Numbered from the stretch's first letter, positions 37,373 to 47,297 are shown. The stretch is DNA of 64,000 nucleotides from Candidatus Omnitrophota bacterium (GCA_041662125.1 JBAZTA010000001.1:195118-259117); one strand, 5' to 3'. The notes: generated by a model from the sequence alone, not told the origin. A program made the numbers and translations.

Positions 37373-37406
37373 TCTCAATCCAATCACTTTAAAAACGACA
37401 TCTGAT

Positions 37407-37464
37407 ATATGTAGTATATATATGAGTTATTGTAGTTACAATAACTCATATATATACTACATAT
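37407..37464. promoter_or_regulatory. Perfect 28-bp / 2-nt spacer / 28-bp AT-rich palindrome; candidate operator/promoter element upstream of the module-B operon
   Basis: atatgtagtatatatatgagttattgta-gt-tacaataactcatatatatactacatat. Arms are exact reverse complements. Lies 35-92 nt upstream of the HTH gene start. Confidence 0.5.
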
Positions 37465-37566
37465 TCCAGGCTTGTCAATAGTTTTTTTTATTATTTATGG
37501 AGAGAGGATGCTGGAGTGCTGCCTTACACCCGGCCTTATCGGATAGGCCGGTGTGGGCTTACTGCC

Positions 37567-37962
37567 CTACTTCTTAAGCTTCTTATGTGTACGTAACGCA
37601 GCCTCAAGGAGGGATAAACCTTCCTGAAAATCGGTACCCTTGTAAAAGACGCCTGAAACACCATAACTCATCGCTTCATTGACGCGCTTATCATCGACAA
37701 AAGCACTGATAAAAATAACAGGGATATTCGCATTAAACTTCCTGATTCTTTTTAACGATTCAACACCATCCATAACCGGCATATTCAGATCCAGGAAAAT
37801 AATATCGGGATTCTGCTCCTTGACCATGGCGAGCGCATTTTCACCGTTAGAGGCCGAAATAACGCTATAGCCTTTGGATTGCAGCCAGAACGTCATTACC
37901 TGACGAAAATCAGACTCATCATCAACAACTAAAACCTTAATATCATTATTTTCCATGAGCAA
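37567..37962 (-). CDS. Single-domain response regulator (CheY-like receiver)
   Basis: 131 aa. KVLVVDDESDFRQV…DIIFLDLNMPVMDG receiver-domain motifs. Confidence 0.8.
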   Translation of the reverse strand: MLMENNDIKVLVVDDESDFRQVMTFWLQSKGYSVISASNGENALAMVKEQNPDIIFLDLNMPVMDGVESLKRIRKFNANIPVIFISAFVDDKRVNEAMSYGVSGVFYKGTDFQEGLSLLEAALRTHKKLKK

Positions 37963-39961
37963 CCTCCGTTATTGGTACTCCTGAAAAAGGAAGCGTAAAA
38001 TTAAAAACTGTCCCCTCTCCCCTTTTACTCTCAACCCAGATTTTTCCTCCATGCAGCTCGACGATCTCCTTGGCGACCGCTAAACCAATGCCGGTGCCTC
38101 CTACATCAGCAGTCGACTTCTCTCCTATCTGATAAAATTTATCAAAAACCTTTTTAAGGTTCTGCTCTTCAATACCGATCCCATTATCTTTCACCAGGAC
38201 ATGGCACTCTTGTTTTTCCACAGAAGCCCTGGCTTCTACGGTGATCAAACCGTTTTCAGGCGTAAATTTGATCGAATTACCGATGAGATTATTTAAAACC
38301 TGGATGACCCTGTTAGCGTCGATATTAATTTCAGGAAGGCCTTCCTGAATAGACTTACGTATTTCTATCGATTTTGTCTTTGCCCAGATAGTGAGGCTCT
38401 CAGTTGAATCGGTGATCACCGTATCAATCCGGCACAAAGAACGCTGGATCCGCATTTGGCCCGCCTCAAGTTTGGAAAGGTCCAACAGATCATTGATCAA
38501 AAGGCTCAAACGCTTAAGGTTGCGCTCTGCGATAGAAAGAAACTGTTCCTGAGGCTCTGATAACTCTCCTGCGGTTTTCTCTAATATCAATGAAATTGAC
38601 TTCTGAATAGCAACAAGCGGCGTGCGCAATTCATGCGAGACATTGGCGACAAAATTTGATTTTATCTGGTCGAGCTCTTTCTGTTTCGTGACATCATTGA
38701 GTATCGTCACCATACCGACAGTCTTGCCAAAGCTGTCCTCGACAACAGCTGAACTCGTACGCAGGATCTTCTTTGTCGTTTCATTGCTGCCGACTAATTC
38801 AATATCCTTCTGCATGACTTCATCTTTGGTAGTGGGAATATCTTTTACCACGGTCAAAAGATGTTCATCTTTAACCAACTCTTTGATGGGGGTACCCGAG
38901 TATTGCTGATTAACCCCCAGCATTGTTTCTGCCTGAGGGTTCATGAGCAGTATTTTACCCTGCGGATCAATGACCACTAAACCATCAGCCATATGGTGGA
39001 TGATATTATCAATGCGATCCTTCTCGCTCTGAACGACTTTGCTGTGTTTTTTCACCTGATCTAACTCAAGGTTAAACTGATCGCGTTCTTCTTGAAGGCG
39101 GTGAAGTCTTGCCCTTAATTCCTCATTTTCATTCTTAAGATTCTCAGTTTCTTCTTGAGGGACCCCCTTGGCGCGCACTTTCGAGGGGCCGGAAATCTCC
39201 CTCTGGATCTTATTCACCAGCGTTTCGACTTCCTGCGGCGGGCAACCGTAACCAATCAATGCCTCTTTTAAAACCTGCAGCGTATCATTTTTGTCTTTTG
39301 TTGTCGCGGCGATGAACTTCTTAAAGATGCTCTTGGTCGCCGGGCTTATTTTATTTTTTTCTTTAAATTCAGCGCTCATCATGGAAAAAAGCTCTTTTTC
39401 TATCCCTCCGACATCCTGCGGCTTAACCGCTTTACCATGAGACAATTCTTTTATTTTTTCTTTTAAAGCATCCAAAGCTGATAATTCGGCCCCCAGGAGC
39501 GCTTCTTTGTCTTTATTGATTTTAATGTAAGAATACTGGTCAGCCTTAACATGCAGGATATTCTTATCAGAAAATATTTTATTGATATCGCCCAACTTCT
39601 TGACCTGCGCGGAGTCTAAAAGCAATATCTGAATAAAATCTTCGATTTCTTTCTCAGTTATACCGCGCTGAAAAGTCATATTCTCTATGTCAATTTTCTT
39701 AAGATACGGCAGGACATCCTTGGCAAGCGCGGGATTTTTATCGCTTAAGGGCTCTCCGTCAATAAGCACCTTATTATCCTGAGACAGGCTTAAACTTAAC
39801 GTTTCTTTATAAGAAAGTATCTCGGATATCACCCCATAAACATTTTTGATGGAATCCATGACAATAGGATGTTTCGCAGGATAAATAGAAATCTTTCTGA
39901 CAGCGGTTACGAGATTGGAAATAAACTGAGGGGATTTATTTTGAGATGGTTGATTCTCCAT
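37946..39961 (-). CDS. Sensor histidine kinase (PAS, HisKA, HATPase_c)
   Basis: 671 aa. H-box SHELRTPL, N/G boxes LNNLIGNSIKF and GGTGIGLAVAKEIVELHGG. Confidence 0.8.
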   Translation of the reverse strand: MENQPSQNKSPQFISNLVTAVRKISIYPAKHPIVMDSIKNVYGVISEILSYKETLSLSLSQDNKVLIDGEPLSDKNPALAKDVLPYLKKIDIENMTFQRGITEKEIEDFIQILLLDSAQVKKLGDINKIFSDKNILHVKADQYSYIKINKDKEALLGAELSALDALKEKIKELSHGKAVKPQDVGGIEKELFSMMSAEFKEKNKISPATKSIFKKFIAATTKDKNDTLQVLKEALIGYGCPPQEVETLVNKIQREISGPSKVRAKGVPQEETENLKNENEELRARLHRLQEERDQFNLELDQVKKHSKVVQSEKDRIDNIIHHMADGLVVIDPQGKILLMNPQAETMLGVNQQYSGTPIKELVKDEHLLTVVKDIPTTKDEVMQKDIELVGSNETTKKILRTSSAVVEDSFGKTVGMVTILNDVTKQKELDQIKSNFVANVSHELRTPLVAIQKSISLILEKTAGELSEPQEQFLSIAERNLKRLSLLINDLLDLSKLEAGQMRIQRSLCRIDTVITDSTESLTIWAKTKSIEIRKSIQEGLPEINIDANRVIQVLNNLIGNSIKFTPENGLITVEARASVEKQECHVLVKDNGIGIEEQNLKKVFDKFYQIGEKSTADVGGTGIGLAVAKEIVELHGGKIWVESKRGEGTVFNFTLPFSGVPITEVAHGK

Positions 39962-40048
39962 GGATATAGATTATATAGCAGACGCCTTGGTTTTACAACA
40001 AGAAATAGGAATAATTCTAAAGAGAGGCTATCTATAGATCCCGAGGGA

Positions 40049-41242
40049 TTATAATCTGACTCGCTCGACTTTTTCCTGCAGTTTCTTAGCGATGTCTGAA
40101 AGCTGCATTGTGGCTCCTGCTATTTCTTCGGTTGCGGCAGTCTGTTCTTGCGCAACAGCGGTAACCTCCTCTGAAGCTCCAGCGGTTTGCTGCACCGCAG
40201 CAACAATACGTTCTACCTGAGAAGTAATGACATTTACTCCCGATGAGATCTCATCAAACTGCAAAGCGACAGTCTTGATCAACACCGCTCCAACCTGGAT
40301 ACGCTGTTTGGTCTCACCGGCAGTGGTCGTTGCCTGGACGATCGATTCCTGAACCTGCTGGACGATTTTCTTTATTTCCTTGACCGATTCAGCGGAGTTT
40401 TCCGCAAGCTTTCGCACTTCATCAGCGACAACAGCAAACCCCACTCCTGCCTCACCCGCGCGCGCGGCTTCAATAGCGGCGTTTAACGCCAAGAGATTTG
40501 TCTGCTCAGCGATCTTAGTGATCATATTGACCATTTTACTGATCTGTTCGGAATATTCCGAAACCCGCTGCATGATCTTGGTATTGAACTCGGCATGAAC
40601 CTGCAGCTGTTGCACCTGCTCTGTAAACCTATCGATGTTTTCTTTGCCTTTTTCGGTACAACTATAGGTCTGCTTGGCGCTATTCAAGGCCTTCATGGAA
40701 CTGCCTGAAATCTCTGAGATTGATTGCGATATCTGATACACAGTTTCGGTAAACTCACTCACGCGCTCTTTAAACGACTGAGAAGTACTTGCCAAAACGC
40801 CAGAGTGATTCGAAACGATCGTCGATGACTCCTGCAGCTGCTGCATCAAACCCCTTAAATATTCTAATATCCGATTAGTTGTTTTCCCTAAAGATTTTAG
40901 TAAGTCATCTTCCACAGACTCATTAGCAACCACACTAAAATCCCCCTCACTAATACTCTTTAAGGTATGAAAGAACTCGGTTAAATAGCACGCCATATTC
41001 ATGGCATTATCGTGTACCCCTTCTTGATCTGCAACGAAAGTTTCCATCTCATGACGGGCATTCCTTATCCAATTAAAAACCAGGAAAAAGGACACTCCCA
41101 ACACCCCTGAAAAAATACGGGCCATTAATCCAACTTTTGCCATATTTATTAAGACCAGCAAAAGAAAAGCGGCAAGAAACAAAAGCTGCGATCCTATTTT
41201 AATTTTCGTAGCCGCTGGTAATGTCCGAAAACTCATACCCAT
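40049..41242 (-). CDS. Methyl-accepting chemotaxis protein
   Basis: 397 aa. Two TM helices; MCP signalling domain [32 protein letters not shown]. Confidence 0.75.
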   Translation of the reverse strand: MGMSFRTLPAATKIKIGSQLLFLAAFLLLVLINMAKVGLMARIFSGVLGVSFFLVFNWIRNARHEMETFVADQEGVHDNAMNMACYLTEFFHTLKSISEGDFSVVANESVEDDLLKSLGKTTNRILEYLRGLMQQLQESSTIVSNHSGVLASTSQSFKERVSEFTETVYQISQSISEISGSSMKALNSAKQTYSCTEKGKENIDRFTEQVQQLQVHAEFNTKIMQRVSEYSEQISKMVNMITKIAEQTNLLALNAAIEAARAGEAGVGFAVVADEVRKLAENSAESVKEIKKIVQQVQESIVQATTTAGETKQRIQVGAVLIKTVALQFDEISSGVNVITSQVERIVAAVQQTAGASEEVTAVAQEQTAATEEIAGATMQLSDIAKKLQEKVERVRL

Positions 41243-41257
41243 AGAAGCTATCCTTAA

Positions 41258-41482
41258 CTAGAATTGAATTTGCGCCCTGTTTGTTCCAGCGCCTTCATCA
41301 CGGCAAAATAACAAGGTTTTCTTCGAGCGTTCACACCACATCTGGACATCTTTCGGAAATGACGGACAATCCGCCACAACTTCTAAAACGTCCCCTGGTT
41401 TTACTTCAGGGACTTTTGCCGCTATTTTTAGTACAGGTTGCGGGCATTTTAAACCTGTCGCGTCCAATCGTATTACTGCCAT
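41258..41482 (-). CDS. TusA-like sulfurtransferase (CPxP motif)
   Basis: 74 aa. LDATGLKCPQPVLK is the TusA CPxP active-site context. AGGAGGAGG RBS. Confidence 0.7.
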   Translation of the reverse strand: MAVIRLDATGLKCPQPVLKIAAKVPEVKPGDVLEVVADCPSFPKDVQMWCERSKKTLLFCRDEGAGTNRAQIQF

Positions 41483-41542
41483 TTCGCCTCCTCCTTTGTA
41501 TTTTCCTTGTTACTCAAGCACAAACGTTCTTAGAATGCACCA

Positions 41543-41571
41543 ATTCTACCTATACGGTCATGCTTTGTCAA
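41543..41571 (-). promoter_or_regulatory. Candidate sigma70 promoter for the tusA-like gene
   Basis: Minus strand: TTGACA, 17-nt spacer, TAGAAT, about 55 nt upstream of the ATG. Confidence 0.4.
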
Positions 41572-41598
41572 GAAATATTAAGCACTCAGACACCTGGA

Positions 41599-41847
41599 TT
41601 ATTCGCCCTCTATCGACGCTAATGTTGCTAATTTTGAATCCACCTCTTCAATATCAAACCTGCATCCATGGACACTCCCTGCTTCTTTTTGCGCTAAAAC
41701 CTGCAAACAGTCACGAAATTCATCAATACCGATATGTAAGCTTTTACCCAGTTTTATTTCTGCCGCAACGACTTTGGCGATCCCGTTCTCTAATGCGTTT
41801 TCTTTGATCTTTTCGATAATATTCGAAGCGATCCCCCACTCATGCAT
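41599..41847 (-). CDS. HypA-like hydrogenase nickel-insertion protein, N-terminal domain only (no zinc-finger module)
   Basis: MHEWGIASNIIEKIKENALENGIAKVVAAEIKLGKSLHIGIDEF…HGCRFDIEE aligns with HypA (MHEITLCQRALELIEQQAAKHGAKRVTGVWLKIGAFSCV…). ORF stops before any CxxC…CxxC motif. Start assigned to the MHE Met. Confidence 0.45.
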   Translation of the reverse strand: MHEWGIASNIIEKIKENALENGIAKVVAAEIKLGKSLHIGIDEFRDCLQVLAQKEAGSVHGCRFDIEEVDSKLATLASIEGE

Positions 41848-42328
41848 AAAGTTGGCCTCCATCTTGAGTTATTCCCGAAAACTCATTTTTAATGATTTCA
41901 GACAAAATACCCGGCACCCTGGACAGGATCTGCTCGCTGATTTGCTCGGAAAACTCATAAATTGTACGTGCGGCAACCGCATACACAACAATCTCTCCTG
42001 CCGTAATCATACCCGTTTGACGGGCTAACTCCAGCATTTCAAGAAAACCGACATTATGAGAACTTTGCCGGTGTAAAGGAATAGTCGCGGGAAGGTCCAT
42101 TTTAAAACAGTCCCCCGGCTGGCGTTTATCATCGCATATCACATCAATAATAATGATCTTTTCATACCCCGGGAAGAAATCGATACACCGCCAGCCCGCG
42201 TACGACGATTCAATAAAATCAACGTGCTCTGATTTAACCCGGGAATAGACTTCCCGCGCGATCAAAAGGCCGGCTCCGTCATCACTTAAAATATTATTGC
42301 CTAAACCGACAATAAGGGTCTTACCCAC
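41840..42328 (-). CDS. Hydrogenase maturation protease (HycI/HoxW/FrhD family)
   Basis: 162 aa. LIVGLGNNILSDDGAGLLIA is the GxGNxxxxDDGxG signature. Confidence 0.75.
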   Translation of the reverse strand: MGKTLIVGLGNNILSDDGAGLLIAREVYSRVKSEHVDFIESSYAGWRCIDFFPGYEKIIIIDVICDDKRQPGDCFKMDLPATIPLHRQSSHNVGFLEMLELARQTGMITAGEIVVYAVAARTIYEFSEQISEQILSRVPGILSEIIKNEFSGITQDGGQLYA

Positions 42329-42332
42329 AAAA

Positions 42333-43793
42333 TCAGTCCCTTCGTATAGTATGCATTACTTTCCCGAAACTATTGTAAACATTCACAATTAATGGTGTTT
42401 CGCCAATAGCATGCGTGGCGCAGGAAAAACACGGGTCATACGCCCGGAAAGCCATCTCTACCATATTCAACAACCCGTCATTGACCTTTCCCTTTTTAAT
42501 AACCCCTTTTGCCACATCTCTAATGGACATACAGATGGAGGCATGATTATTACACGTAGCGACGATCAAGTTAACCGCTTGAGTGATACCCGATGCATCG
42601 GTCTTATAATGATGGAACAACGTTCCCCGGGGAGCTTCCACCACCCCCACTCCTTCATCAGGCGTTTGGGATGGAAGAATCCTTACCTGGGGAGAAGTTA
42701 TTTCAGGGTCACGGCTTAATTGCAGCATACGCTCTGAGGAGTAGAGCAATTCAATGATCCGCGCCCAATGCATGGCAAGCGTATGATGGACAGGTTTACC
42801 GCCTAAAGTATGATACATCGTATCATATTCAGCCTGCGCTAAAGGAGTAGACATTCCGTCTGCCACGTTTAAACGGGCAAGAGGAGCGACCCGGTAAATC
42901 CCTGAATCCCGGCCGGCTTTCAAACCATGCCAGCCGATCTTCTTCAAATAGGTAAACTTCAAATACGTCCATGGTTCAACGATCTCAGCAATATGCTCCA
43001 GGTAATCCTGCGGCCTGAATTTCAGGAATTCCTTCCCATCTGGTGAAACAACCCTGATATCACCGTCATAAAAGTTCACTTTATTATCTTTATCAACCAT
43101 CCCCATATAATATGTCTCCATATAATAAAGGTCTTTTGCCAGGATCAGATCAACATAGTGCTTGTTCTTTAAAACAATATTTTCGAAAACTTTCTGAGTA
43201 AACTGCGAGAATTCAACACAAGAGCTTGATTTTTCTTCGATTTTTTTTCTTTCCTCTTCGGTAAGCGCTTTTGAACAACCTCCCGGAAGGCCGCAGACCG
43301 GTTGAGTGGCCCTGCCTCCGATAATCGACTGGATATCCTGCGCATAGGCGCGGTGTTTAATGACTTCTTTACCGATATCCAAACCAACTTTAGCTATCAC
43401 TCCCAGAATATTTCGCTCTGACGCAGGAGCATCAGGGCCAACGATAAAATCAGGCCCGGCCAAGGCGTAAAAATGCGCGATATGCGAATGGATGATATGA
43501 GCGCAGTAAAACAATTCCCGCAATTTCTTTGCCGCTGGCGGCGGGTCAACCTTATAGACCGCATCCACCGCTTTAGCTGCCGCCAAATGATGGGCTTCAG
43601 GGCATACCCCGCATATTTTCGGGGTTATTCTCGGCAATTCTTCAACATTCCTGCCTTCGCAGAATTTTTCAAAACCACGCAATTCAGGCACCTGAAAATA
43701 AGCATTTTCCACATCACCTGCGTCATTTAAGAAAATATCGATTTTACCATGCCCTTCCAACCTGGTAACAGGATCTATGGTAATCTTTTTCAT
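42333..43793 (-). CDS. [NiFe] hydrogenase large subunit (group 3/Mvh-type)
   Basis: 486 aa. N-terminal RLEGHGKI and ICGVCPEAH; C-terminal DPCFSCATH metal-binding motifs. Confidence 0.85.
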   Translation of the reverse strand: MKKITIDPVTRLEGHGKIDIFLNDAGDVENAYFQVPELRGFEKFCEGRNVEELPRITPKICGVCPEAHHLAAAKAVDAVYKVDPPPAAKKLRELFYCAHIIHSHIAHFYALAGPDFIVGPDAPASERNILGVIAKVGLDIGKEVIKHRAYAQDIQSIIGGRATQPVCGLPGGCSKALTEEERKKIEEKSSSCVEFSQFTQKVFENIVLKNKHYVDLILAKDLYYMETYYMGMVDKDNKVNFYDGDIRVVSPDGKEFLKFRPQDYLEHIAEIVEPWTYLKFTYLKKIGWHGLKAGRDSGIYRVAPLARLNVADGMSTPLAQAEYDTMYHTLGGKPVHHTLAMHWARIIELLYSSERMLQLSRDPEITSPQVRILPSQTPDEGVGVVEAPRGTLFHHYKTDASGITQAVNLIVATCNNHASICMSIRDVAKGVIKKGKVNDGLLNMVEMAFRAYDPCFSCATHAIGETPLIVNVYNSFGKVMHTIRRD

Positions 43794-44749
43794 TTGACAA
43801 CCCCTTTGAGTATTGATTTAGCCAAACTGAATTGATAGAAAGTCCCGATTGGATCCTTAATATCGGAAACGATTCTTGCTATTTCCTGCTCATCATTAGA
43901 ATCAATAGCGGAAGTGATCGCGCTTAACATCTTTGCGCCTTGATCTTTGATACCCGGTGGCGCGCCGTAACAGCCGCGGCAGGGCATATTTACTTCCATG
44001 CATTTAGCGCCGCAGCCGCCCCGGGTAGCAGGGCCGCAACAAATGATCCCCTGATCAAGCAGGCATTGCTTTGTATCAGGAATAATCTCGTGCGGACGAA
44101 AAAACTTCTTGATCTTCCTATCAGAGGATTTCTCGCGGGGGCACTCATCACAGAGCGTCTTTTCCAGCCCGATCACTGAGCCCACAGGCCCAAGATTATT
44201 CGAGGCGATCGCTTCAATGGCTTTAAGCACCCACTCAACTGTCGGCGGACATCCGGGAAGATAATATTCAACCGTAACTATCTCATCAAGGGGAAAAACT
44301 TTATCATAGAATTTTGGTATTTCCAACTCACCCTCCGGCATCATGGTCTTCATAGCGGGACGTATACGTTTCGGGTTAATAGTAGAAGGTGTGGTCTCAT
44401 AAACCCGCTTTAAGATATCTTCGGCATGGAATTGATTCGCTAACCCCGGGATCCCGCCCCAGCTGGCGCATGCGCCATAGGAAATCATTACTTGGGACTT
44501 CTCCCGCAAGAGCTTTGCTAAATGTTCGGCTTCAGAATTCCTGATGCCTCCGTTAAAAAAACATATATCAATCGCCTTCTCAGGCAAAGCCTCAATATCT
44601 TTATATTTACCGTCAAAAGCAACCGGCATGATCAAAACATCAACCAGCGCACTTACTTCAACTATTTTTTCATTAATATCCAAAAAAGATATCTCGCAGC
44701 CGCCGCAGGAAGCTCCCCAGTAAAAAGCGATCTTCAATTTATTGCTCAT
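43790..44749 (-). CDS. [NiFe] hydrogenase small subunit (MvhG-like)
   Basis: 319 aa. ASCGGCEISFLD proximal-cluster motif plus additional Cys clusters. Confidence 0.8.
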   Translation of the reverse strand: MSNKLKIAFYWGASCGGCEISFLDINEKIVEVSALVDVLIMPVAFDGKYKDIEALPEKAIDICFFNGGIRNSEAEHLAKLLREKSQVMISYGACASWGGIPGLANQFHAEDILKRVYETTPSTINPKRIRPAMKTMMPEGELEIPKFYDKVFPLDEIVTVEYYLPGCPPTVEWVLKAIEAIASNNLGPVGSVIGLEKTLCDECPREKSSDRKIKKFFRPHEIIPDTKQCLLDQGIICCGPATRGGCGAKCMEVNMPCRGCYGAPPGIKDQGAKMLSAITSAIDSNDEQEIARIVSDIKDPIGTFYQFSLAKSILKGVVK

Positions 44750-45168
44750 CGATTATCCCCCTTATTCACCATGAGCGGCCCCAATCTTCTCACTGTTTCA
44801 ACCATCTCTTGAGTCAAGAGCGAAAAACGTTCCGCTTGGGCCGCAGAAACCCAATCAAGACGCAAACGCTCTTTTTCAATGCCAAACTGCTCGAGCATCA
44901 CCTCTAATAATTTCATCCGCCGCAGTGTTTTATAATTACCTTCTTTATAATGGCAGTCACCAGGATGACAGCCTAAGACCATCACGCCGTCTGCTCCCTG
45001 TTGAAATGCCTTGAGGACAAACTGCGGATCAACCCTTCCTGAACACATGACCCGGATAACCTTAAGGTTGCTGGGAACATCCTTGTGTTGATTTCCCGCT
45101 AGATCAGCCCCCGCGTAACTGCACCAATTACATAAAAATCCTATTATCTTGGGTTGGAATTCATTCAT
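44746..45168 (-). CDS. mvhD: MvhD/FlpD-like hydrogenase iron-sulfur subunit
   Basis: 140 aa. IIGFLCNWCSYAGADLAG…VMCSGRV matches the MvhD family. Confidence 0.7.
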   Translation of the reverse strand: MNEFQPKIIGFLCNWCSYAGADLAGNQHKDVPSNLKVIRVMCSGRVDPQFVLKAFQQGADGVMVLGCHPGDCHYKEGNYKTLRRMKLLEVMLEQFGIEKERLRLDWVSAAQAERFSLLTQEMVETVRRLGPLMVNKGDNR

Positions 45169-47102
45169 GGCAACAATCCTTCGATTTCGGCAAATATTTC
45201 ATCTTCGGTAAAATGTTTGCTTTTGATTGCCCCCGCCGGGCAGGCAGCAGTGCAAACCCCGCAGCCAAGGCATAAAACCTCGTTAATGACCGCGACTTTC
45301 TTTCCCTCGTCAAATTTAATCGCCTGGAATGGGCATAACGGGATACAGCTGTGGCAAGCGCCGCAGAGTTTTTCATCGACACTGGATGTAAAGACTTCCA
45401 GCTCCAATTTCTCTCCCGGGACAATTAAGCTTAACGCCATTCCGGCAGCAGCCTGCGCGTGCAATACTGACTGTGCAATATCCTTTGGTCCGGCAGCGCA
45501 TCCTGCACTATATATCCCGCGTAAATGAGTAGATGCCGGAGCTAATGCGTCATGCTCAGCGGCATAAAAACCGTATTGATCCGCTGTTATCCCTAAGAGA
45601 GCCGCAAGCGTGAAAGCATCAGGGTTAGAGACCATTGCAGAAGCTAAAACACACATATCAACCAAGATCCTTCTATCCCCGTCTTTCATGACAAGGCCGT
45701 TACCCTGCGAATATATTAACAGCTCATTGGGATTATTCACCCTGATATATTCCGTTCCCGCGTCAAAAACATGCTTACAAAAAGAGGGATACTCTTTTCC
45801 AGGCAGGCACCAATCGGAATAAAATTCATATATCTTTACATCACCGAGCTTTTTCTTTGCCAAATACGCTAACTTCAATGAATACGAGCAGCAGACACCG
45901 CTACAGTATTCCTTATAATTCTTGTCCCTTCCTCCTGCGCAATGCACAAACGCAAGGCTTGTGGGCTTTTTTCCGGAAGCAGTCAGTATCTTGCCTTCAG
46001 TCGGGCCGGTAGAACTCATTAAACGTTCAAATTGAAAAGCATCAACGATATGAGGGTTATCAACAGCGATATTCTTAAGTATCGTTTTATCCAAAAGTTC
46101 AAATCCCGTTGCTACCACAATCGCCCCAACTTCTACAGAAAGCGCCTGATCTTTCTGTTCATAATCAATCGCTCCAAAGGGGCATGACTCCTGACATTTA
46201 CGGCAATCCTGGCCTTTTAACCTTAAACAATTTTGAGCATCTATAACGGGTAAATTCGGAAGAGCTCCCGCAAAGGGAGTATATACCGCATGGCGAAGTG
46301 ATAAATTACCATTGAACTTGTTTTTAACGCTGACCGGGCATGCTTCAAAACAAGCGCCACAACCGATACATTTTTCAGCGTCAATACCACGCGCCTTCTG
46401 CTTTATCTGAACATTAAAATTACCAAAAAACCCTGTGACATTCTCTATCGTGCTATTTGTCAGGAGCCTGATGCGCTCATGGTGCATAACGCTGTCCATT
46501 GTTGGCTCAAGCATGCACGGCGCGCATTCCATATTCGGGAATATCTCTTCAAAGGCCACGATCTTACCCCCGATCCAGGCTTCTTTTTCAACAAGGTATA
46601 CTTTTCGGTTTTTTTGCTGGGCGAGAGTCAATGCGGCGGTCATACCGGAAACGCCGGCGCCAATGACCAGAAAATCAGTCTTACATTCTATCTCTGATCT
46701 TTCCAGCGGTTCGTGAAATTGCACGCGCTTAATCGCGGCGCCAAGCTGAAGGATCGCTTTTTGTGTCGCGGCTGCTTTATCTTTTGTCACCCAGGCAATC
46801 TGCTCCCGGATGTTTACTATTTGCAGGAGATACGGGTTTAACCCCGCTTGAGTGAGGACTTTTTGGAAAGTTAATTCGTGCTGTTTGGGAGAACACGCGG
46901 CAATGATAACGCGGGAAATTTCTTTTTCTCTGATCGCCCGTTTCAGCTCTTCGCGGCCTTCTTGTGAACACCAAAGCCGGTGGACTTTAATTTCAACTAC
47001 CCCGGGTATTGCCCGGGCAAATTCTGACAATGCTTGTGTGTCAATACCCTCAGAAATATTATTGCCGCAATCGCAAATAAAAACACCGGTTTTTAGATTC
47101 AT
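45165..47102 (-). CDS. hdrA: HdrA-like FAD-dependent oxidoreductase with 4Fe-4S ferredoxin domains (heterodisulfide reductase subunit A family)
   Basis: 645 aa. FAD motif FLVIGAGVSGMTAAL and several CxxCxxCxxxCP ferredoxin motifs. Confidence 0.7.
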   Translation of the reverse strand: MNLKTGVFICDCGNNISEGIDTQALSEFARAIPGVVEIKVHRLWCSQEGREELKRAIREKEISRVIIAACSPKQHELTFQKVLTQAGLNPYLLQIVNIREQIAWVTKDKAAATQKAILQLGAAIKRVQFHEPLERSEIECKTDFLVIGAGVSGMTAALTLAQQKNRKVYLVEKEAWIGGKIVAFEEIFPNMECAPCMLEPTMDSVMHHERIRLLTNSTIENVTGFFGNFNVQIKQKARGIDAEKCIGCGACFEACPVSVKNKFNGNLSLRHAVYTPFAGALPNLPVIDAQNCLRLKGQDCRKCQESCPFGAIDYEQKDQALSVEVGAIVVATGFELLDKTILKNIAVDNPHIVDAFQFERLMSSTGPTEGKILTASGKKPTSLAFVHCAGGRDKNYKEYCSGVCCSYSLKLAYLAKKKLGDVKIYEFYSDWCLPGKEYPSFCKHVFDAGTEYIRVNNPNELLIYSQGNGLVMKDGDRRILVDMCVLASAMVSNPDAFTLAALLGITADQYGFYAAEHDALAPASTHLRGIYSAGCAAGPKDIAQSVLHAQAAAGMALSLIVPGEKLELEVFTSSVDEKLCGACHSCIPLCPFQAIKFDEGKKVAVINEVLCLGCGVCTAACPAGAIKSKHFTEDEIFAEIEGLLP

Positions 47103-47297
47103 AAAATCGGCTCCTGTTTTTTATCTGAGGCTATTATAACATCTTTATTACCAGAACCTTATTACTCTTTACGAGAACCTATTAAAGAACTTTTCAGCGC
47201 ATAAAAACCAAATCACTGACACTTAGTTTTATTAAAATAATTGTAACAAATCCTTATTAAAAGTAAAGAAGATTTACTCGCAGGCACATCAAGACAG

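Noticed and set aside
37500-37560. GC-rich hairpin (cacccggcct…aggccggtgtg) downstream of the response-regulator gene as a tRNA or terminator
   Set aside because: It has no cloverleaf or anticodon architecture, and on the transcribed minus strand it is not followed by a U-tract. It may still be a weak Rho-dependent or structure-only terminator, but the support is too low to list as a feature.
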